Shown here piece by piece: positions 1 through 6,726 of a stretch of DNA of 17,432 nucleotides. This stretch comes from Snowella sp. GTDB taxonomy: Bacteria > Cyanobacteriota > Cyanobacteriia > Cyanobacteriales > Microcystaceae. Numbering within the stretch: the stretch's first letter is position 1; the number at the start of each line of letters is the position of its first letter. The notes beneath the pieces are model-generated. The model ran no database searches. It saw only the letters and a program-made list of their open reading frames with translations, and was not told the DNA's origin. The DNA lies in contig JAYKGY010000081.1 in assembly GCA_035285545.1 (NCBI GenBank), positions 1 to 17,432 on the forward strand. The letters run 5' to 3'. The translations under genes were made by a program, and so were the position numbers.

Positions 1-389
1 CTATTATTTTTAGGAACAAAGAAAAACTGAGGATTTAAGTCTCCAAAACCAAAGCGATTAGCACTTTCAACCGTTAAGGGTGGCTGATAAATAACGGGTA
101 AAATAGTACGAGAAACAATTAACCAATTCTCATTTAAATCAAAGGGAATAACGGGCTGGAAATTCATAATATTTTGAGTTCGTTCCCAAGGCCCCATGCC
201 AAAACTTGTATTATTTTGAAATGGGACACTAATTAAATTAGCGATCGGATTTTGGGACTTTTCTGCCAAATTTTCCTTTTCGGCTTCTGTTTTAATTTCC
301 TGAGTTGCCGCTTGGTCTTCCGTTGCAGTTTCAGTTGACGATCGCTGAGTTAGGAGATTTGGGAGAGGCGTTACTCGATTTTGTGAAGA
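1..389 (-). pseudogene. 5'-truncated fragment of a putative outer-membrane beta-barrel/transporter family protein (often labelled 'neuromedin U' in automated annotations); runs off the window edge
   Basis: Manual minus-strand translation: ...ETATEDQAATQEIKTEAEKENLAEKSQNPIANLISVPFQNNTSFGMGPWERTQNIMNFQPVIPFDLNENWLIVSRTILPVIYQP...GFGDLNPQFFFVPKNN. The LA..xQNPIANLISVPFQNN motif is typical of this family. The frame is open up to a TGA at 419-417 with no upstream ATG or signal peptide. Confidence 0.65.
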
Positions 390-513
390 TAAGCGTTTAG
401 AAAAAGTGGAAGGAAGTCAAAATCGGCAAATTTGGGCTTTGATCGGTATTCTATTCACAGCAATTGTAGGGGTAGTTATTCGTTTTGTCTTGATGGCTTT
501 ACCCATGAGCTAA
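388..513 (+). pseudogene. 3' fragment of a small cyanobacterial coiled-coil + C-terminal TM protein (XhlA/DUF4164-like)
   Basis: Translation DKRLEKVEGSQNRQIWALIGILFTAIVGVVIRFVLMALPMS* (TAA 511-513). No start codon between the in-frame TGA at 346-348 and position 388. Confidence 0.55.
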
Positions 514-540
514 TGGCGATCGCTGTAACTCAGCCATTTT

Positions 541-549
541 TGTTAAGAT
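541..549 (+). promoter_or_regulatory. Putative extended -10 element for hicB-hicA
   Basis: TGtTAAGAT about 40 nt upstream of the ATG at 588. Confidence 0.4.
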
Positions 550-587
550 ATCCCTATTAAACTTTATTTTTGACGAATAAACCATTG

Positions 588-794
588 ATGAGACAAGTCA
601 TTACCTATAAAGATGAAGATGGTTATTGGATTGCTGAATGTCCCAGTCTTAAGGGATGTGTTAGCCAAGGCGAAACCAAGGAAATAGCACTTATTAATAT
701 TAAAGAAGCCATTTTAGGTTACATCGCGGCCTTAGAAGAGGATGGTTTACCGATTCCAGAAGAAACGTTTGAAACTTTTCTAGTTGTTGTATGA
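588..794 (+). CDS. hicB: HicB-family antitoxin (short form, no DNA-binding domain)
   Basis: MRQVITYKDEDGYWIAECPSLKGCVSQGETKEIALINIKEAI...LEEDGLPIP matches the HicB partial RNase H fold. ATG 588 preferred over TTG 570. Confidence 0.9.
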   Translation: MRQVITYKDEDGYWIAECPSLKGCVSQGETKEIALINIKEAILGYIAALEEDGLPIPEETFETFLVVV

Positions 795-1012
795 GTAAAC
801 TTCCTAGCGTTTCAGGCAAAGACTGTGTAAAAGCGTTACAAAAAGTTGGATTTTATCTTAAACGACGAGAAAGTAGTCATGTTATTTTACGAAGAGATGA
901 ACCCTTTGCTCAGGTTGTAGTGCTAGATCATCAGGTATTGGCCAAAGGAACCCTACGGGCTATTCTTCGGGATGCTGATTTAAGTGTAGAAGAATTTATC
1001 AGATTACTATAG
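791..1012 (+). CDS. hicA: HicA-family toxin (mRNA interferase)
   Basis: 73 aa; LPSVSGKDCVKALQKVGF...SSHVILRR...VVV.DH..LAKGTLRAILRDADLSVEEF. ATGA overlap with the hicB stop. Confidence 0.9.
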   Translation: MSKLPSVSGKDCVKALQKVGFYLKRRESSHVILRRDEPFAQVVVLDHQVLAKGTLRAILRDADLSVEEFIRLL

Positions 1013-1077
1013 AGTAACACTTGTTATCTTTGGGTAGGAGGCGATCGCTATTCTACTTAGTAAGGGAGATCAATTAC

Positions 1078-1260
1078 TTGCCAACGAACCAACAAGCATT
1101 TCGATGCTTTCAGATATGCCAAAATCTAACCAATATGTATCTCTCTATTGATTTGGTGCGTTTAGACCAAAGAACTGGAAATGCTATCATTTTGTCAGGC
1201 GAAGAAATTTTGATTGAAATCTATCCTAACGGAAATTGGAGGTTTATCAATGAAATCTGA
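1078..1260 (+). CDS. DUF6888-like small cyanobacterial protein (putative toxin of a two-gene module)
   Basis: TTG at 1078 preceded by the RBS-like AAGGGAG gives MPTNQQAFRCFQICQNLTNMYLSIDLVRLDQRTGNAIILSGEEILIEIYPNGNWRFINEI. Family recognised from memory. Confidence 0.65.
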   Translation: MPTNQQAFRCFQICQNLTNMYLSIDLVRLDQRTGNAIILSGEEILIEIYPNGNWRFINEI

Positions 1261-1447
1261 TTTTCAAACAATGACAATGCGCGAATTGAAAAAGTATGTG
1301 TTGGAGCATCGCAATGATCAAGCCGCGTTTCAAGTGTTGATGGATCGAGTTGATTCCCAGGCACACAATCAAGTTTATGAGGAGGTAGATATTCAACAGT
1401 TTTCTACATTGGTTGATCAACACCTTCATTCTCAAACTACTTCATAA
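1250..1447 (+). CDS. DUF6887-like small protein (putative antitoxin partner)
   Basis: ATG 1250 after GGAGG; MKSDFQTMTMRELKKYVLEHRNDQAAFQVLMDR matches the EL+xYVLxHRxDxxAF motif; overlaps the upstream stop. Confidence 0.7.
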   Translation: MKSDFQTMTMRELKKYVLEHRNDQAAFQVLMDRVDSQAHNQVYEEVDIQQFSTLVDQHLHSQTTS

Positions 1448-1538
1448 TTGCGAGACTTATCTCTTTTTATCTTTTTATTCAATAGTAAGAGGCAATTGTC
1501 TTTAAAAAGCTGTTCTTGTAGTTTAAAGTGTGTTAATG

Positions 1539-1571
1539 CAATAAAAATATTTTATTGATTTGTGTTATAAT
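1539..1571 (+). promoter_or_regulatory. Perfect extended -10 promoter with an operator-like inverted repeat
   Basis: TGtTATAAT at 1563-1571; CAATAAAA-ata-TTTTATTG inverted repeat at 1539-1557 over the -35 region; predicted start about 1577-1579. Confidence 0.6.
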
Positions 1572-1582
1572 GTAGCATATAT

Positions 1583-1882
1583 GCGGGAATCGGTATAAAC
1601 ACGTTTGATTCCTAAAAACTTGACAGTTTGCATTGTCCAACATCTCTTTAATGCTCCTGTAAGTTGCGACGGATGGTTTGAATACATACTATCTGAATCT
1701 CTTATGGCTAAAGCTCCTGTAGCATCAGTCATCGGTGCAGCTTGCGGGGTGGCGTTTCTGCGGGATACCAGTCGGTGGTTCTTCGCCAAACCCTTCAGTT
1801 GTATAGCAGGAGATTGAAGTAGGGAAGGGATAATGTACTTTCAAGAGAAATGCTGTTAGGGGTTCGACTCCCCTACCCCGCT
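1583..1882 (+). ncRNA. Unidentified structured ncRNA with a tRNA-like 3' end (T-arm + Gly-type acceptor stem)
   Basis: T-arm AGGGG-TTCGACT-CCCCT (1858-1874) followed by ACCCCGC-T (1875-1882), which pairs perfectly with GCGGGGT (1744-1750) or 5/7 with GCGGGAA (1583-1589). At least six further helices rich in G-U pairs. About 47% GC against about 17-20% in the flanks. Directly follows a promoter. Confidence 0.6.
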
Positions 1883-1981
1883 CTCTTGTAAATAATAAAA
1901 TAAACTACATTATTATTCCTGATTAAATTACTTTTTAATGAAAATTCCTCCACAAATTATTGAATTAATAGATTTTAACAA

Positions 1982-2478
1982 ATGACAATTTTGACTCCCC
2001 AACCCAATCAGCTAACTCCTCTGTATGATCAAGATTTTCAATTGTGGCTTTCACAAACGATTAGCCAACTTAAAAACCAACAATTTGATCAGCTAGATCT
2101 TGAACATTTAATTGAGGAATTAACGGATTTGGATAAATCGATAAACGGGCATTAGAAAGCAATTTAATTATTCTCATCGCTCATTTACTCAAACTCAAAA
2201 TTCAGCAAGATGCCCCTGAAACGATGAAAAGCAGTTGGCTTGATTCCGTTAGTGAACATCGTCAACGAATTCTCTACGATTTAGAAGAAATGCCTTCCCT
2301 CAAATCCCATTTAGAAAACGCGATCGCTAAAGTTTATCCCAGTTCCCGTAAACTAGCCATCAAAGAAGGAAAACGCACTAAATTTGGACTAAGAGTTCCT
2401 TTAGAAAAAGAATATTCTCTAGATTGTCCATTTACCGTAGAACAAATTTTAGATGAAGACTTTGAAGGTTTAGAGTAA
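1982..2478 (+). pseudogene. DUF29-family protein, frameshifted
   Basis: ATG 1982 gives MTILTPQPNQLTPLYDQDFQLWLSQTISQLKNQQFDQLDLEHLIEELTDLDKS; after a 1-nt deletion near 2139 it continues DKRALESNLIILIAHLLKL...SWLDSVSEHRQRI...CPFTVEQILDEDF, all DUF29 motifs. Confidence 0.85.
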
Positions 2479-2523
2479 GCGGCGATCATGTTAACTTGTA
2501 GGTAAAAATTGAGGAGAAAAGTG

Positions 2524-2715
2524 ATGACTGCCATAGTACAAGAGCTTCTAAACACTTTTGACAATTTGACATACTCAGAAAGACTAGACCTATTATCAGA
2601 AATTCTAAAACGCACAGTTGATTTAGATTTTGAGCCGTTATCTGATGAAGAATTAACGTTGAACGCCGAGATATTTTTCTAATATTTAGATGAAGAAGAA
2701 TTGGCTTATGAGTAG
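2524..2715 (+). pseudogene. Small acidic antitoxin-like gene upstream of mazF, with a premature stop
   Basis: RBS GAGGAG; MTAIVQELLNTFDNLTYSERLDLLSEILKRTVDLDFEPLSDEELTLNAEIFF*(TAA 2680-2682)YLDEEELAYE*. The second stop overlaps the mazF start. Confidence 0.6.
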
Positions 2716-2761
2716 TCCCAAACGGAGAGAAGTTTGGCTAGTCGATCTGGATTACACTGCC
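2708..2761 (+). pseudogene. N-terminal remnant of a PemK/MazF-family toxin
   Basis: MSSPKRREVWLVDLDYTA resembles the PemK/MazF start (PxRGEVWLVDL); similarity ends before the expected KxRP motif. Confidence 0.7.
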
Positions 2762-3006
2762 TTAATAATAAGATTTGGCATTTTGTCTATTGAAATGCTT
2801 CTGTTTAAAAAATTATCCTGATGATTTTTCAGAATATGCTGTAATTCAGAACCGCGTTTTCCTCCTTTCCCCATTTCCAGAAAAATAATTTTTCCTGTTG
2901 ATTGTTGTTTTGCTATTTTAATAATTTTTTCGGGCGTATGTTTAATATCTGCTCGTACTCACTCAGCCATTAAAAGTTGACTTTTTTCATCATTAGAAAT
3001 CCCCAT
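2752..3006 (-). pseudogene. Broken gene for a toxin-like nuclease-domain protein (polymorphic-toxin C-terminal-domain-like)
   Basis: MGISNDEKSQLLMAE*VRADIKHTPEKIIKIAKQQSTGKIIFLEMGKGGKRGSELQHILKNHQDNFLNRSISIDKMPNLIIKAV*; internal TGA at 2961-2959; the GKIIFLE.G...LQHI...H...F pattern recalls toxin RNase domains; C-terminal third appears missing. Confidence 0.5.
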
Positions 3007-3065
3007 GATGCTAGATTTTCACGAAACATTAGATTTTTTTGAATTAGTGATAGATAAATAGTAAT

Positions 3066-3099
3066 AAAAAGAGACAACCTTTGTTTTAAAGATTGTCCC
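3066..3099 (-). terminator. Rho-independent terminator of sodB
   Basis: Minus strand GGGACAATCTTT-AAAAC-AAAGGTTGTCTC (12-bp stem, 2 G-U) followed by TTTTT, 22 nt after the sodB stop. Confidence 0.8.
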
Positions 3100-3121
3100 T
3101 CAAGTTTTAACGTAACGGAAA

Positions 3122-3721
3122 TTAAGCGGCGGCTAAATTAGCAGCAACAAAATCCCAGTTCACTAATTTTGTTAAGAAATCACTGATGTAATCAGGACGA
3201 CGATTTTGATAGTCTAAATAGTAGGCATGTTCCCAAACATCGATGGTTAAGAGCGGGGTTGCTCCTGTGGTCATGGGATTTTCGGCATTGCCTGTTTTGG
3301 TGACTTTCAGGGTTCCGCTATCGAGAACTAACCAAGCCCAGCCGCTACCAAATTGGGTGGCACCTGCGGTTTTGAGTTCTTGAACTAGATTTTCAAAACT
3401 ACCGAAATCGGCGTTGATTTTATCGGCTAAAGCACCTGTCGGAGTACCGCCACCACCAGATTTCATGCAATTCCAGTAGAAAGAGTGATTCCAGGCTTGA
3501 GCAGCATTGTTAAAAATACCTGCTTTGGAGGCATCTCCTGCTACTGCTTTGATCACGTCTTCAATGGGCTGACTATCGAGCGGAGAGTCTTTAACCAAAC
3601 CATTATAATTATTCACATAAGCGGCGTGGTGCTTATCGTGGTGAAACTCTAGGGTACTTTTAGAGATATAAGGTTCAAGTGCGGTGTAATCGTAAGGTAA
3701 TGCAGGAAGTTCGTAAGCCAT
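3122..3721 (-). CDS. sodB: Fe superoxide dismutase
   Basis: HHDKHHAAY, FNNAAQAWNH (Fe-type) and DVWEHAYY metal-ligand motifs; 199 aa. Confidence 0.97.
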   Translation of the reverse strand: MAYELPALPYDYTALEPYISKSTLEFHHDKHHAAYVNNYNGLVKDSPLDSQPIEDVIKAVAGDASKAGIFNNAAQAWNHSFYWNCMKSGGGGTPTGALADKINADFGSFENLVQELKTAGATQFGSGWAWLVLDSGTLKVTKTGNAENPMTTGATPLLTIDVWEHAYYLDYQNRRPDYISDFLTKLVNWDFVAANLAAA

Positions 3722-3826
3722 TATGTTTGAGTCTCTCTACAAGGATTCCTAATTGCTATTACTTTATCGCAAAATCTGGGTAAGACACAATCAAGCTGTA
3801 TTTTTAACCACATCTTTTCTTAAAAA

Positions 3827-5104
3827 ATGATTAAAATTCTCCATCTTTCAGATATTCACCTGGGTAGTGGCTTTTCTCATGGTCGCATTAATCCTGCAAC
3901 AGGTTTAAATACTCGCCTCGAAGATTTCGTTAAAACCTTGAGTCTGTGTATCGATCGCGCTATTTCTGAACCTGTGGATTTAGTACTATTCGGTGGAGAT
4001 GCCTTTCCCGATGCCACCCCGCCCCCCTATGTCCATGAAGCCTTTGCCGCTCAATTTCGTCGTTTAGCCGATGCTAACATTCCGACTATTCTACTTGTGG
4101 GGAACCATGATCAACACTCCCAAGGTAACGGCGGCGCAAGTTTGTGTATTTATCGAACCTTGGCTGTTCCTGGTTTTATGGTAGGAGATAGCTTGAAAAC
4201 TCATCATATTCCCACCCTCAACGGGGATATTCAAGTGATTACCCTCCCTTGGATTAATCGTTCCACTTTATTAACTCGCCCTGAGACAGAAGGTTTATCC
4301 TTTGAGGAAATTAATCGCTTATTAATTGAAAAGCTAGAACCTGCATTAGAAGGAGAAATTCGTCAATTAAATCCAAAACTGCCTACTATTCTTTTAGGGC
4401 ATTTAATGGCCGATCGCGCCACCCTGGGGGCTGAAAAATTCCTAGCCGTGGGTAAGGGGTTTACGATTCCGATTTCCCTATTAATTCGGCCTGAATTGGA
4501 TTACGTCGCCCTGGGTCATGTTCACAAGCACCAAAACTTAAATCCCAGCAATGAACCCCCCATTATTTATCCAGGATCAATCGAACGGGTTGATTTTAGT
4601 GAAGAGAAAGAAGATAAAGGTTATGTATTTATTCAAATTGAAAAAGGTAATGTTAGTTGGGAATTTTGCCCTTTGCCTGCCCGTCCTTTCCTAACTATTA
4701 ATCTGGATGTATCGGAAAAAGACGATCCTCAAGCCGCCATTTTAAAAGCGATCGCGAAAAAAGAAATTAAAGATGCCGTCGTCCGTCTGATTTATAAAAT
4801 TCGTTCCGAGCAATTAGACCTCATCAATACCAATGCCATTCACGAAGCCTTAACAACTGCCCATACCTACACAATTCGTCCTGAATTAGTCAGCCAGTTA
4901 GCCCGTCCCCGTTTACCGGAATTAGGAGTAGGTAGCAGTCTTGATCCGATTGAAGCCTTAAAAACCTATCTAGATAATCGCTTAGACTTAAAAGATTTAG
5001 TGCCGGATCTGTTACAAGCCGCTCAACAGTTATTACACGGAGAACAAGAAGAAACCTGGATAGAAGTTGAAGAAACTCCCATTCCGCTATGTGAAGAGAG
5101 GTAA
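3827..5104 (+). CDS. sbcD: SbcD/Mre11-family exonuclease subunit
   Basis: Metallophosphoesterase motifs HLSDIHLG, GGDAF, GNHD, ALGHVH and YPGSIER. Confidence 0.93.
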   Translation: MIKILHLSDIHLGSGFSHGRINPATGLNTRLEDFVKTLSLCIDRAISEPVDLVLFGGDAFPDATPPPYVHEAFAAQFRRLADANIPTILLVGNHDQHSQGNGGASLCIYRTLAVPGFMVGDSLKTHHIPTLNGDIQVITLPWINRSTLLTRPETEGLSFEEINRLLIEKLEPALEGEIRQLNPKLPTILLGHLMADRATLGAEKFLAVGKGFTIPISLLIRPELDYVALGHVHKHQNLNPSNEPPIIYPGSIERVDFSEEKEDKGYVFIQIEKGNVSWEFCPLPARPFLTINLDVSEKDDPQAAILKAIAKKEIKDAVVRLIYKIRSEQLDLINTNAIHEALTTAHTYTIRPELVSQLARPRLPELGVGSSLDPIEALKTYLDNRLDLKDLVPDLLQAAQQLLHGEQEETWIEVEETPIPLCEER

Positions 5105-5196
5105 AAAGAATTAGGAATCAGGCAACAGAAGACGTAGATTATGAAGGTTAAGCCTGCTAGGATCAGAAAAGACCTGCTTAATATATCGTTACAATC

Positions 5197-6705
5197 ATGG
5201 CTAGAGACTTACGGGGATTTATTCAACTACTCGAAGAACGGGGACAACTTAAACGGATCAAGGCTTTAGTCGATTCTGATCTAGAAATAGCAGAAATTTC
5301 TAATCGGATGCTACAAGCAGGCGGGCCAGGCTTATTGTTTGAGAATGTGAAAGGCTCTGATTTTCCTGTTGCGGTTAATCTAATGGGAACCGTAGAGCGC
5401 ATTTGCTGGGCCATGAATATGCAGCATCCTTTGGAATTAGAAGAACTAGGGAGAAAGCTGTCTATGTTGCAACAGCCCAAACCGCCGAAGAAAATCTCTC
5501 AAGCCATTGATTTTGGGAAAGTCTTGTTTGATGTCCTCAAAGCTAAACCTGGTCGAGACTTTTTTCCGCCGTGCCAACAGGTTGTTATTGAGGGAGAAGG
5601 GTTAGACCTTAATAAAATCCCGATGATTCGTCCCTATCCAGGGGATGCAGGGAAAATCATTACCCTTGGCTTAGTGATTACCAGAGATTGCGAAACAGGA
5701 ACCCCTAATGTGGGCGTGTATCGGCTGCAACTGCAATCCAAAAACACGATGACGGTTCATTGGCTCTCGGTACGGGGGGGGGCTAGACATTTACGTAAAG
5801 CTGCTGAAGCAGGAAAGAAATTAGAAATCGCGATCGCGCTTGGGGTTGATCCCTTAATCATCATGGCAGCGGCTACGCCTATTCCGGTTGATTTATCCGA
5901 ATGGTTGTTTGCAGGGTTATACGGGGGATCGGGGGTTAAGCTCGCCAAATGTAAAACCGTAGATTTAGAAGTTCCCGCAGATTCCGAATTTGTCTTAGAG
6001 GGAACGATTACGCCTGGGGAAATGTTACCGGATGGCCCCTTTGGCGATCACATGGGCTACTACGGCGGCGTGGAAGATTCTCCTTTGGTTCGTTTCCATT
6101 GTGTTACCCATCGTAAAGACCCCATTTATTTAACGACCTTTAGTGGCCGACCGCCCAAAGAAGAAGCCATGATGGCGATCGCGCTTAACCGAATTTATAC
6201 CCCCATCCTGCGGCAACAGGTTTCGGAGATTACCGACTTCTTCTTACCGATGGAAGCATTGAGTTATAAAGCCGCTATTATTTCTATTGATAAAGCCTAT
6301 CCTGGCCAAGCAAAACGAGCTGCCCTCGCCTTTTGGAGTGCCTTACCCCAATTTACCTACACGAAATTTGTGATTGTTGTGGATAAGGAAATTAATATCC
6401 GCGATCCCCGTCAAGTCGTTTGGGCAATCAGTTCTAAAGTTGATCCGGTGCGGGATGTGTTTATTCTGCCGGAAACGCCCTTTGATACCCTGGATTTTGC
6501 TAGCGAAAAAATCGGCTTAGGCGGACGCATGGGCATTGATGCCACCACCAAAATTCCTCCCGAAACCGACCATGAATGGGGCGCGGTGTTAGAGTCCGAT
6601 GCGGATATGGCAGAGATGGTAACGCAACGCTGGCAGGAATACGGTTTAGGGGATCTGAATTTAACCGAAGTGGACGCGAATCTCTTTGGTTATGACATGA
6701 AGTAA
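5197..6705 (+). CDS. ubiD: UbiD-family (prFMN-dependent) decarboxylase, plastoquinone pathway in cyanobacteria
   Basis: DLRGFIQLLEERGQL, NVGVYRLQ, DGPFGDHMGYY, GRPPKEE and MGIDATTK; 502 aa. Confidence 0.95.
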   Translation: MARDLRGFIQLLEERGQLKRIKALVDSDLEIAEISNRMLQAGGPGLLFENVKGSDFPVAVNLMGTVERICWAMNMQHPLELEELGRKLSMLQQPKPPKKISQAIDFGKVLFDVLKAKPGRDFFPPCQQVVIEGEGLDLNKIPMIRPYPGDAGKIITLGLVITRDCETGTPNVGVYRLQLQSKNTMTVHWLSVRGGARHLRKAAEAGKKLEIAIALGVDPLIIMAAATPIPVDLSEWLFAGLYGGSGVKLAKCKTVDLEVPADSEFVLEGTITPGEMLPDGPFGDHMGYYGGVEDSPLVRFHCVTHRKDPIYLTTFSGRPPKEEAMMAIALNRIYTPILRQQVSEITDFFLPMEALSYKAAIISIDKAYPGQAKRAALAFWSALPQFTYTKFVIVVDKEINIRDPRQVVWAISSKVDPVRDVFILPETPFDTLDFASEKIGLGGRMGIDATTKIPPETDHEWGAVLESDADMAEMVTQRWQEYGLGDLNLTEVDANLFGYDMK

Positions 6706-6726
6706 ACTCGTCTTGAGCATTAGGAA

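Noticed and set aside
1565..1817. ORFs 1605..1817 (+) and 1565..1789 (-) as proteins
   Set aside because: Weak starts, no RBS and no family resemblance; base-pairing explains the sequence better. A small peptide from ATG 1704 cannot be fully excluded.
1583..1882. tmRNA (ssrA)
   Set aside because: No G3-U70 pair or A73 for alanylation, no GGGGC 5' end, and no cyanobacterial ANNIVxF...AA* tag. The internal frame MAKAPVASVIGAA continues with TGC rather than a stop.
1744..1882. Ordinary tRNA, or tRNA with a group I intron
   Set aside because: No canonical D arm or anticodon arm; 139 or 300 nt long; no recognisable group I P/Q/R/S elements; does not resemble cyanobacterial intron-bearing tRNA-Leu(UAA) or tRNA-fMet exons.
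1858..1882. att site from a duplicated tRNA 3' end
   Set aside because: No integrase nearby, and the complementary 5' acceptor strand and extra helices are present upstream, which a bare att fragment would not have.
1855..1885. Group II intron 3' end (CCTACCCCG resembles domain VI)
   Set aside because: No domain V with the catalytic AGC/CGC triad upstream; the T-loop geometry fits much better.
3827..6705. sbcD without sbcC and ubiD without ubiX as anomalies
   Set aside because: These partners are commonly unlinked in cyanobacterial genomes.
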